From: an uncultured Pseudomonadota bacterium
GTDB lineage: Bacteria; Pseudomonadota; Gammaproteobacteria; Burkholderiales; SG8-39
Reading direction: 5' to 3'
DNA: 64,000 nucleotides
NCBI GenBank assembly: GCA_903921325.1
Contig: CAIXPL010000028.1
Coordinates: forward strand, 9,829 to 73,828
The notes under the pieces are model-generated. The model was not told the origin of the DNA. It ran no database searches and was given only the letters and a program-made list of their open reading frames with translations. Both the position numbers and the translations under genes were made by a program. This document shows, piece by piece, positions 1-7,552 of this stretch. Every line of letters begins with the position of its first letter. Within the stretch, counting starts at the first letter, position 1.

Positions 1-1476
1 CCGAACTCCGGAACACTGCCACCGGGCGGCAGGTGGAAAGAAGTTTCGATACGTCGAGCGGGCGTGCCCGGCGGGGGTGAGGCAGCTACTGCCACGCAAG
101 ACCAATTGTCCAACCATGAATTTCCCGTTGTATTCACCAACCGCACCGTCCAGCGTGCGAAACCCGGGGTAGGGATCATAGGATGAGCGGGTCCAGCCCC
201 AAGCCTGTCCAAACATCTGTTGCAACCCCGGATGCGATCCGGCTGCGCGGGGATGAAGGCGATTCTGATGCAGGTCCACTTCGCCCAATGCAGCCTGCGG
301 TGCAATCCCGCTGGCAGACTCGCATGCGGTCGGCGGAGCAGCCCATGCAGTGGCCGCCACGACTGGCGCGGTCGGTAGCGCGGTGGCTGGAGCGACACCG
401 GGCATCGCCTCAGATGCTGCAAGTTCCCATTCGAACTCCGTGGGCAGGCGCGCACCTGCCCAGCTTGCATATGCGGCCGCTTCGTAGAGACTCAGTTGGC
501 ACACCGGCTCATCGGGATCGATCGCCTGCAATCCGTGGAGAGTATAGATTTGCCACTCATCGGGTGATTGGGCAGAGAAGCTCCCCTGGGCGCCGAAGCC
601 CTCATCGCGATGGCGCCAATAGAGAGGCGCTCGCCATTGCAGTGCAGTGACCGACGCCCAACCTTCAGAGAGCCAAAGCGTCGGTTGCCGGTAGCCACCG
701 TCGGCGATGAATTCGAGATATTCACCGCAGGTCACCAGACGATTCGCGAATTGAAAGGCCTGCACCAAGCGTTGATGGCGCGGGCCCTCATTGTCGAATG
801 CGAAAGCGGCGCCCGCGTGCCCGAACCAGGCCAGTTGCTCTGAATGAGCGATCCACTGCAAAGCACCGTTAACGTTGGTCGCTCGTTCGCGCGTACCACT
901 GGGTGGCTCACGGTAAACGGCCGCAAAGGGATTGAGCGACAGCGTGTATTTGATGTCAGTGAGGAGCAACTCCTGGTGTTGCTGCTCATGGTGAATGCCC
1001 AGTTCGATCAGCGACGATACGTGCGACCACGTGGCCTCATCGCAGGCCTTGAACAGATGCTCCATCGCACGATCGACGTGCGCACGATAGGCTTGAACCT
1101 GCGCGACCCCAGGGCGCGTGAGCATCCCGCGTTGCGGTCGCGGCTGGCGGGGTCCCAGACCTTCATAGTAGGAATTGAACAGGAAGAAAAAGCGCTCATC
1201 GAACGCCTGATAGTTAGCGATGAACGGACGCAGTACCATCGCCTCAAAGAACCAGCTGGTATGCCCCAGATGCCATTTGGTGGGACTGGCATCAGGCATA
1301 GCCTGCACACACTGGTCCTCATCGGACAGCGGTGCCGCGAGTTGTCGCGTAAGCATCCGAGTGTGCGCAAACTGGTGCGCCAACTGCTCACGGGGGCTGA
1401 GTGCCGGCTGCTCATCACCGGGGCGAAGCCGCGCACCGGGCTTGCCTGCCAAAGGCCCCATGAGTCGGTCATTCAT
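1..1476 (-). CDS. egtB: Ergothioneine-pathway sulfoxide synthase EgtB (DinB_2 + FGE-sulfatase-like fold); C-terminus runs off the window start
   Basis: Absent from the supplied ORF track because it is open at the window edge. My minus-strand translation from ATG 1476 (SD GGAGGAG 8 nt upstream) is stop-free to nt 1. It reads MNDRLMGPLAGK..PDASPTKWHLGHTSWFFE..LIELGIHHEQQHQELLLTDIK..LSLYEAAAYASWAGARLPTEFEWE..GQAWGWTRSSYDPYPGF..YNGKFMVGQLVLRGSSCLTP..RNFFPP, which are conserved EgtB/OvoA-type motifs. It replaces shadow ORFs 183..650, 844..1524 and 1008..1472. Confidence 0.8.
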   Translation of the reverse strand, partial: MNDRLMGPLAGKPGARLRPGDEQPALSPREQLAHQFAHTRMLTRQLAAPLSDEDQCVQAMPDASPTKWHLGHTSWFFEAMVLRPFIANYQAFDERFFFLFNSYYEGLGPRQPRPQRGMLTRPGVAQVQAYRAHVDRAMEHLFKACDEATWSHVSSLIELGIHHEQQHQELLLTDIKYTLSLNPFAAVYREPPSGTRERATNVNGALQWIAHSEQLAWFGHAGAAFAFDNEGPRHQRLVQAFQFANRLVTCGEYLEFIADGGYRQPTLWLSEGWASVTALQWRAPLYWRHRDEGFGAQGSFSAQSPDEWQIYTLHGLQAIDPDEPVCQLSLYEAAAYASWAGARLPTEFEWELAASEAMPGVAPATALPTAPVVAATAWAAPPTACESASGIAPQAALGEVDLHQNRLHPRAAGSHPGLQQMFGQAWGWTRSSYDPYPGFRTLDGAVGEYNGKFMVGQLVLRGSSCLTPAGHARSTYRNFFPPAARWQCSGVR

Positions 1477-1618
1477 CGGCTGTGCTCCTCCAGACGGCTG
1501 GCCCGCAGGGTATCACTACCTTGAGAAGCAGCGAAATCATGTCCTACCGCCCTTTGATGTGGGCAGCGGTCGAGACATCGCACAGCCGGCATCATCCGCG
1601 TTTCGCTCTGCAAGCTCT

Positions 1619-2794
1619 TCAGCAGGCGCGTAATACGCGGCAAAACTGTTCAATCTCCTCGTCCGTGTTGTAGTAATGCAGGGATGCACGCACGACGGCG
1701 GCCGGTCGGCCGGTCGGATAATCAACGCCGGCATGCTCGGCGAGCGACACCCAGGTGTGTATGCCTTGATCGCGCAACCGAATCCGCAATGCCGGGGCAG
1801 GTTCATCGGCCTTGCTGAATGTCACGATGGCGCACAGGTATTCGCCGCGATCGTGCACCTGGATGCCAGGCTCGGCTGCGAGTCGCTGGCGCAGCCTTCC
1901 GGCCAGCCCGCTTGCTCGCTCGGCAATCGCAGCCATACCCCAGGCGTTTGCGTAATCAGCAGCGACACCGAGACCAATCCGCGCGGCAATATTGCCCTCC
2001 CAGGATTCGAATCGACGTGCATCGATGCGAATTTCAAACTGATCCGCCGCGGTCCGCCTGGCCGAGTGCATATCGATGAAGGGTGGATCGAGCCGCTCGA
2101 TCCAGTCGCGCCGCACATACAGAAATCCGGTGCCGCGGGGGGCGCGCAGAAATTTTCTACCCGTTCCCGAGAGCATGTCGCAACCGATCGCAGCCACATC
2201 GACCGGCAGTTGACCGACACTTTGGCAGGCATCAAGCAAATAGGCGATACCTGCCTCACGAGCTATCTGACCAATTGCCTCAGCCGGATTCACCAACCCG
2301 TTATCGCTCGGGACATGGGTGATCGCAATCAGGCGGACTTTCTCATCGAGCATGGCACGCAGCGCGCTGACACTGGTCTGCCCGAATTCATCATCGGGTA
2401 TCAATTCAACCCGCACGCCGCGTCGCTGCGCCGTCTGAAGCAAGGAGAGCATATTGCTCGCGTATTCCGCGCGGCCAGTCAAAATCCGATCGCCGGGATT
2501 GAGGCGCAGGGAGTGAAACGCCATATCCCAGGCGCGGGTGGCATTTTCAACCAGGGCAATTTCATCAGCGGCACAGCCGAGCAACTGCGCGAGTGCCCGA
2601 TGAGGGTGATCGATTCGGTCCGCGACGCGCTCAGCCGCCTCATAGCCACCCAACTGCGCCTCAAGTGCTATGTGTTCGCGCACCGCCTGCAAGACACACT
2701 CGGGTTGCAAGGAGGCACCCGCATTATTGAAATGCAGCACCTGCTCACAAGCAGGCGTATCGGCACGCGCCCGCGATAGGTCGAGGCTCATCAT
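1619..2794 (-). CDS. Aminotransferase class-V fold PLP-dependent enzyme (cysteine desulfurase / C-S lyase-like; candidate EgtE-type lyase)
   Basis: ORF 1619..2836 trimmed to MMSLDL (ATG 2794). Class-V signatures are IAITHVPSDNGLVNP, YLLDACQSVGQLPVDV and the PLP-lysine context LSGTGRKFLRAPRGTGFLYV. It lies directly upstream of egtB on the same strand (142-bp gap). Confidence 0.8.
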   Translation of the reverse strand: MMSLDLSRARADTPACEQVLHFNNAGASLQPECVLQAVREHIALEAQLGGYEAAERVADRIDHPHRALAQLLGCAADEIALVENATRAWDMAFHSLRLNPGDRILTGRAEYASNMLSLLQTAQRRGVRVELIPDDEFGQTSVSALRAMLDEKVRLIAITHVPSDNGLVNPAEAIGQIAREAGIAYLLDACQSVGQLPVDVAAIGCDMLSGTGRKFLRAPRGTGFLYVRRDWIERLDPPFIDMHSARRTAADQFEIRIDARRFESWEGNIAARIGLGVAADYANAWGMAAIAERASGLAGRLRQRLAAEPGIQVHDRGEYLCAIVTFSKADEPAPALRIRLRDQGIHTWVSLAEHAGVDYPTGRPAAVVRASLHYYNTDEEIEQFCRVLRAC

Positions 2795-2843
2795 GGAACT
2801 CGAAGGAGACAAAACCCGAAGTGTAAGCGTACACACCGGCGCC

Positions 2844-2937
2844 GCCCGCTCAGCCCGCTCAGCCCGCTCAGCCCGCTCAGCCCGCTCAGCCCGCTCAGCC
2901 CGCTCAGCCCGTCCGGTGCGTCCGGTGCGTCCGGTTC
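2844..2937. repeat. Intergenic tandem 9-bp repeat array: (GCCCGCTCA)x7 followed by (GTCCGGTGC)x3
   Basis: Seven perfect head-to-tail GCCCGCTCA copies span 2844-2906. After a 4-nt joint come GTCCGGTGC x2 + GTCCGGTTC (2911-2937). The array sits between the parA-like stop (2983) and the aminotransferase start (2794). Confidence 0.95.
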
Positions 2938-2982
2938 GTGGGTTCCATGCGGTTTGCGCGCAAAGCGCAGGTCTCAGGCAAT

Positions 2983-3636
2983 CTAGCGTGCCGCCGCCGC
3001 CACCGAGGCGAGATCGACTTGTGCGAGCATCGCCTGTTCGAGCGCTCGGGCACTGTCGCGCAAATACGGATTGCTCGCCTCGCTGCCGGCGCGACCGGCA
3101 TCAAATTCGGCTTGAAAGCCGTCGCGTAACGGCCAGGTCTGCTCGAGCAGGTCGAATCCGGCCTGCTCGATCACCAGGCGGGCTTGCTCCATCTGTCGCT
3201 CGGATTTGCCGACCATGGTAAGAACGAGAACAATTTTTGCGACCCCGCCGCGCCGTTTGGCAAGGGCCCGTGCAAGTGCAAGGGTGGGCCGCAGATCATC
3301 CATCGAAGTGCCGGTGGGAAGAAACACGAGGTCACTTTCGCGACACAGATCCGTGGTGAGCTCGTCAGCAAGACCGCGCGTATCGACCACCGCAAGATCG
3401 AAACCTTCTGTCGACTTGCGAAGCTTCTTCAGACTCTTGAAGGCACGCGCGTCGACCTCGGGTTCGACGCCATTCTTCAGCCGCGTTGCAGCCCACTCGA
3501 CGCAGGACAGTTGTTCCAGATCGAAGTCACAAATCAGAACTTTTTGACCACGCCGTGCCGCGGCCACGGCCATCACCCGGGCGAGCGAGCTCTTGCCAAC
3601 GCCGCCTTTCTGACCGACAAATGAAATGACCTGCAT
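2983..3636 (-). CDS. Small ParA/ParF-type deviant Walker-A P-loop ATPase (217 aa)
   Basis: The N-terminus MQVISFVGQKGGVGKSSLA carries the KGGxGKS deviant Walker A with signature lysine. LICDFD and LAVVDTRG are the hydrophobic-strand + Asp motifs of ParA/MinD ATPases. SD GGAGGAGG lies immediately upstream of ATG 3636. No ParB/HTH gene is adjacent. Confidence 0.8.
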   Translation of the reverse strand: MQVISFVGQKGGVGKSSLARVMAVAAARRGQKVLICDFDLEQLSCVEWAATRLKNGVEPEVDARAFKSLKKLRKSTEGFDLAVVDTRGLADELTTDLCRESDLVFLPTGTSMDDLRPTLALARALAKRRGGVAKIVLVLTMVGKSERQMEQARLVIEQAGFDLLEQTWPLRDGFQAEFDAGRAGSEASNPYLRDSARALEQAMLAQVDLASVAAAAR

Positions 3637-3774
3637 TGCCTCCTCCTGCGAAAAAAGGCATGTTCAAGAAGTCCGCACTACCTCAGGCACCAATGCCCGT
3701 TGCGGTGCTCCGCCGGATCAACCGCCCGGCCCAATCAATCTCCCCAAGGGTAGCGGCACCCTGCCTTGCGAGCG

Positions 3775-4353
3775 CTACTTGCGCGGACGCCCGGATCGCA
3801 GCTTTACCAAACGCTCCAATTCAGCGGTCAACGCGGCCCGATCCAGCCGGCCGAGCAGCGCCACACCAATGCGTAGAAGCTCACTCTTCTTCACTTCAAT
3901 TCCACCACTCAAACATTGCTTCTTGATGTGTCCAAGTACCTGATATTCCACTTCAGGCATGGTGAAACTGTCGCGAATAAGGCGCTGCTTCTTTGCCCGG
4001 TCGAGAGCCGACGCATCGGCTGAGTTTGCTGATTTGTCCGTCTTGATTGGTTTCTCTTGCCTGACTGATTTCACTGCCTTGGCGGTCTTCGCTTCTTTAA
4101 TCGCGTTGGTCACCTTGGCTACCTTGGTCACTTTGGCTACCTTGGCTACCTTGGCTACCTTGGTCACCTTGGCTACCTTGGTCACCTTGGCTGCTTTGGT
4201 CAGCTTGGCAACCGTAACCGGCTTTTCCTCTGCGGCGGCGACCGTAGGCTTTGCGGCCTTCGTGGGTGCCGGAGTCTTCGCAGGTGCCTGTTTCGCAGAA
4301 GTGGACTGCCGGCTAGACGCCTTGCCGACTACCTTTGTTGATTTCGCGAGCAT
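3775..4353 (-). CDS. Lys/Ala-rich histone-H1-like protein with C-terminal ribbon-helix-helix-like domain (candidate ParG/omega-type partner of the adjacent ATPase)
   Basis: ORF 3775..4524 trimmed to ATG 4353 (GGAG 6 nt upstream). The codons further upstream fall in an AT-rich, non-coding-looking stretch. The N-terminal ~120 aa are K/A/T/V/P low complexity including (AKVTKV)n. The C-terminal ~65 aa read RDSFTMPEVEYQVLGHIKKQCLSGGIEVKKSELLRIGVALLGRL. That is a strand-helix-helix pattern with the G..SELLR signature frequent in RHH (CopG/Arc/ParG) proteins. Confidence 0.6.
   Translation of the reverse strand: MLAKSTKVVGKASSRQSTSAKQAPAKTPAPTKAAKPTVAAAEEKPVTVAKLTKAAKVTKVAKVTKVAKVAKVAKVTKVAKVTNAIKEAKTAKAVKSVRQEKPIKTDKSANSADASALDRAKKQRLIRDSFTMPEVEYQVLGHIKKQCLSGGIEVKKSELLRIGVALLGRLDRAALTAELERLVKLRSGRPRK
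4108..4210. repeat. In-frame 9/18-bp tandem repeat inside the Lys/Ala-rich gene
   Basis: About 11 consecutive units of GGT/CCACCTT / GGCTACCTT type (plus strand) encode KVA/KVT triplets (AKVTKVAKVTKVAKVAKVAKVTKVAKVT). Confidence 0.9.
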
Positions 4354-4390
4354 TTCGATCTCCATCAAAAGGTGAATTTCAGATTGAACC

Positions 4391-4417
4391 ATATCATATA
4401 AATCGTTTATATCATAT
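4391..4417. promoter_or_regulatory. AT-rich 27-bp operator-like element ATATCATAT-N9-ATATCATAT (direct repeat and 24/27 palindrome) in the promoter region of the Lys/Ala-rich gene
   Basis: The plus strand reads atatcatataaatcgtttatatcatat. This is the only strongly AT-rich patch in this part of a high-GC window, 38-64 nt upstream of the chosen start codon (4353). Confidence 0.45.
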
Positions 4418-4614
4418 TGTATTCGCTGGACCATTACCGGCACAGCGCGGCAGGCGCCGCACTCGACACCTCCTCGTCGGGACGGCGTCGCGTCGCGCGA
4501 TCGGGTGCCTAGCCCTTGTCCCACCAGACGGTGCGATTCGATTCACGCCGCTCGATTCACCGCTGCTAGAGTGATGCATGTGCAGCACCGGCGCTGCGCC
4601 CATACCAGACCCCG

Positions 4615-5439
4615 ATGGAGAGCATCCTGTTCAGTCGATCCAGCGTCTTTTTAGTCTGCCTGTGCCTGGCGATTCTGATCGGGGTGACCCTGCCCATCAC
4701 GTGTCGTGCACAGATCGAAGCACGGGAGTTGCCCACTCGGCCCGGCGTCACGATTCGGTTTGTCTATGCCCGTGCCGCTGTGCCCATCGTCAACGCGATT
4801 CTGTTTCAGGGCGGCGAGGGCAATGTCGGCGTGCACCCCGATGGCTCGGTTCGGTCGAGCGGCTTTCTGGCCGCGGGGGCGCAGCGATTCATCAATGAGG
4901 GCGTCACGGTTGCCATTGTCGATGTCCCATCGGATCGTCGCTCACTGGATCAGTTCCGCGCCAGCGCGGAGCACGCCACCGATGCCATGGCCGTCGTCCC
5001 TTTTTTGCGCGAGCAGAATCACCAACCAGTGTGGGTCGTCGGCACGAGTGCGGGCTCGCTCTCAGCGGCGTCGATCGCCGCGATGCGCATTGAGAACGGT
5101 CCCGACGGTGTGGTCCTCACCTCTTCGGTGACCACCGCATCGCGCTTTGGCATCAACCGGGTGACGCTCGCGCCCCTGGAGAACATCGACAAGCCGGTGC
5201 TTTTTGTGCACCACAAAGAAGATGGTTGCCGTTCAACGCCCTATGCCGACATTCCGGCAGTTCAAGCACGTCTGATCCACGCCCCCAAGATTGAGTTGAT
5301 CACCGTTGAGGGCGGATTGATCCGCGGCGATCCTTGTCGCAGCGGTCACCATCAATATCTTGGCATTGAGGAGCAAGTCACTCAGCAAATTGCCCAATGG
5401 ATCAAAGAGCAGTCGGTGAATGGAAATCCGGCCCGATGA
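4615..5439 (+). CDS. Secreted alpha/beta-fold hydrolase
   Basis: Signal peptide MESILFSRSSVFLVCLCLAILIGVTLPITCRAQ and nucleophile elbow VVGTSAGS (G-x-S-x-G). The 274-aa length is typical of dienelactone-hydrolase-like proteins. Confidence 0.7.
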   Translation: MESILFSRSSVFLVCLCLAILIGVTLPITCRAQIEARELPTRPGVTIRFVYARAAVPIVNAILFQGGEGNVGVHPDGSVRSSGFLAAGAQRFINEGVTVAIVDVPSDRRSLDQFRASAEHATDAMAVVPFLREQNHQPVWVVGTSAGSLSAASIAAMRIENGPDGVVLTSSVTTASRFGINRVTLAPLENIDKPVLFVHHKEDGCRSTPYADIPAVQARLIHAPKIELITVEGGLIRGDPCRSGHHQYLGIEEQVTQQIAQWIKEQSVNGNPAR

Positions 5440-5590
5440 GCTGATTCACCGTATGATTTCGAGTCAAATCGGCACCCGATCGAACAAGAGGCCCAAACGA
5501 TCGCTTCGATTGGAAAATGACCGAATTGCGTGCGATGCTTGAACAATGACTGAATCGAGCGGTGCTCGAATAATGACTGGAGACACGCCA

Positions 5591-6172
5591 ATGAGTCGCA
5601 TCAAACCAAGCAAGTTTGCGCATGTGGTCTATCGCACACGGCGGTTCACCGAGATGATCGAGTGGTATGGCAAGGTCTTCGATTCGAAAGTGCAGTTCGA
5701 GAATCCGGCTCTGGCGTTTTTGACCTATGACGATGAGCACCACCGCTTTGCCTTCGTCAACCTCGACTTTTTCGACCCCGCGGGCAAGCTGGTCAGCCGG
5801 CAAGGTGCCGTAGGCGTCGACCATGTGGCCTATACGTATGACAGCCTGACCGATCTGCTGGAAAACTATGCAGTCCTCAAGGCTATGGGCATCACACCTT
5901 ATTGGCCGCTCCATCACGGGGTAACCATATCGCTTTACTACGCTGACCCTGACGGCAACCAGATGGAATTTCAGGTCGACAGCTATCCGACCATCGAGCA
6001 GACCAACCAGTTCATGTATGGCCCCGGCTATGCCGAAAATCCCCTGGGTGTGGAGTTCGATCCGGACCAGTGGCTTGCGCGGCTGAGAGCAGGCGAACCG
6101 GAATCCAACTTCATGGTGCGTACGGTGCACCAACCGATGTCGGAATTCCGCGGGTCAATGTTCAAAAGTTAA
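5591..6172 (+). CDS. VOC-family protein (single-domain extradiol-dioxygenase/glyoxalase-like)
   Basis: ORF 5546..6172 trimmed to ATG 5591 (GGAGA 7 nt upstream). KFAHVVYRTRRFTEMIEWYGKVF and GVDHVAYTYDSL..YYADPDGNQMEFQVD are paired beta-alpha-beta-beta-beta VOC modules with His/Glu metal ligands. Confidence 0.7.
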   Translation: MSRIKPSKFAHVVYRTRRFTEMIEWYGKVFDSKVQFENPALAFLTYDDEHHRFAFVNLDFFDPAGKLVSRQGAVGVDHVAYTYDSLTDLLENYAVLKAMGITPYWPLHHGVTISLYYADPDGNQMEFQVDSYPTIEQTNQFMYGPGYAENPLGVEFDPDQWLARLRAGEPESNFMVRTVHQPMSEFRGSMFKS

Positions 6173-6175
6173 CCG

Positions 6176-7552
6176 TTAACCGGCGCCAGCGGCACCGCAC
6201 AGCGCCTGCCACCAGTCGACGACCGAGGTAGTGCCCTCTGCGTCCAGGCAGCGCCGGGCCAACGGGTCGGCTGCTACGCCCAATACCGGTCCTGCATAGC
6301 GCACAAATTTAGCGCGCGTTTCGTGTGCTCCCAAGGGGCATTCGATATCCCCGGGCACTGCCCGTACACGCTGGCTGCGAGGAGGCTGATCGGTCCACTC
6401 GATGCGCAGATCAGCATGACGCCCGCCACCTGCAACCGTATCCGGTGCGATCTCGATCAGGGCTTCCAGTCGGCGCAATGTCGGATCAAAGAACGCAGGC
6501 TCACGGTACACATCGGGTTCAAGTCGCCCCAAACACAGTGCCGCCGCCACACCAAAGCTCAGACTGAACTGTGCCTGGATAGGCGTGTCGGGCGCCCGGT
6601 TGGCGCAATAGGTAATCGCTTCGGGGTAAATCAGGAGCCGGATGCGAAACAACGAAAGCAACCAATCGCGCTGGTTCGACTCACCACCCAGTTGCCGACG
6701 CATCTCAAGAGCGGCGGCCACCGCGTAATGAACATGACGCACCGCGGGCCAGGCCTTTAGATAGCCTTGCTCAATCAACCACGGTTTGCATGACCTCTCT
6801 AACATCGGGTGTTCAATACCCAAGGCAAGCCACGCATGGGCTTGCAGTGCACCACGCGGCGCCACCACCCCGGCCGCTGCTGCCATCGCCGACTGAATAC
6901 CCAATTGCGCCGCATGCCCCAGATAGGTATTGCGGGCGTCGGCCCCCTGAGTCACCGGAAGATAAAGGCCGAAAGGCAACTGGGCTGCGGTGATTTCGAT
7001 CGCGTCCCGCACCGACTTTGCGCTGCCATCGAGCAGAATGGCAGCCGCAGCCGCCGCACCCAGCGCGGGCCAGCCGGCATCGACATGCATGCCGGCGCGA
7101 ATGCGCAACCATGCGCCCATGCAGCCACCCACTTCATACCCCACGACGAGCGCACGCAGTACTTGATCCATCGAATGCCCACGCGCCACGCCCAGTGCCA
7201 GCACGCCTGCGACCACCGGCACACCGGGACGGCCATGCGCGCTCGCCAGTCCCTCGCATGCTTCGTCCCAGCAGGCCGCTGTTGCAAGCAGACTGGCCGC
7301 CGTCGACAGGGATACCCGCGGTGGGCGCAATGCCCAAGCGGTCTCGGATTGGTTACCCGGCACTGGCAGCATGAACGTACCGGTATCAAGCGCGGCCCAA
7401 TGGGCAACTAAAGCCGCCACCGATGGGGCCTGCAATCCGGCAATCGCACATCCGACGGTATCGAGTAGCAGCAACCGGGCCCGCTCTATTGCGTTGATGC
7501 TCGGTGCGCTGGCGCAAACTCGCACCAGCCAATCGTCGAGCGCATCACTCAT
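6176..7552 (-). CDS. MmgE/PrpD-family protein (2-methylcitrate-dehydratase-like)
   Basis: 458 aa with N-terminal ARLLLLDTVGCAIAG, and overall composition typical of MmgE/PrpD. The start overlaps the stop of the upstream SDR gene (ATGA, 7549-7552). Confidence 0.75.
   Translation of the reverse strand: MSDALDDWLVRVCASAPSINAIERARLLLLDTVGCAIAGLQAPSVAALVAHWAALDTGTFMLPVPGNQSETAWALRPPRVSLSTAASLLATAACWDEACEGLASAHGRPGVPVVAGVLALGVARGHSMDQVLRALVVGYEVGGCMGAWLRIRAGMHVDAGWPALGAAAAAAILLDGSAKSVRDAIEITAAQLPFGLYLPVTQGADARNTYLGHAAQLGIQSAMAAAAGVVAPRGALQAHAWLALGIEHPMLERSCKPWLIEQGYLKAWPAVRHVHYAVAAALEMRRQLGGESNQRDWLLSLFRIRLLIYPEAITYCANRAPDTPIQAQFSLSFGVAAALCLGRLEPDVYREPAFFDPTLRRLEALIEIAPDTVAGGGRHADLRIEWTDQPPRSQRVRAVPGDIECPLGAHETRAKFVRYAGPVLGVAADPLARRCLDAEGTTSVVDWWQALCGAAGAG

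Noticed and set aside
183-1524. Listed ORFs 183..650(+), 844..1524(+) and 1008..1472(-), the only track ORFs covering the first 1.5 kb
   Set aside because: Their translations are Arg/Ser/Cys/Pro-rich nonsense typical of off-frame high-GC DNA. A third minus-strand frame, open to the window edge and therefore missing from the track, encodes a clean EgtB.
1676-2779. 367-aa plus-strand ORF antisense to the class-V aminotransferase
   Set aside because: It is a shadow ORF with no recognisable motifs, whereas the opposite strand has clear PLP-enzyme signatures. The same reasoning applies to 5402..6133(-), 10332..11087(-), 12167..12862(-), 18885..19628(-), 37..38-kb minus ORFs, 49062..50072(-), 55668..56411(+) and 63186..63701(-).
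2844-2937. Tandem arrays here (and at 18937 and 21771) as possible CRISPR arrays
   Set aside because: The units are 7-12 bp and directly abutting with no spacers, and there are no cas genes. They are micro/minisatellites.
2670-3221. 183-aa ORF containing (ARS)n(ARPV)n
   Set aside because: The repetitive peptide is just the translation of the 9-bp intergenic tandem array. The rest overlaps the aminotransferase start and the parA-like 3' end out of frame.
2983-3636. ParA-like gene as the chromosomal Soj/ParA of a parAB-parS system
   Set aside because: It is too short (217 aa, no N-terminal extension). There is no ParB (HTH/CTPase) gene, no gidAB/oriC context and no parS-like TGTTNCACGTGAAACA motif nearby. 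The partner looks RHH-type instead.
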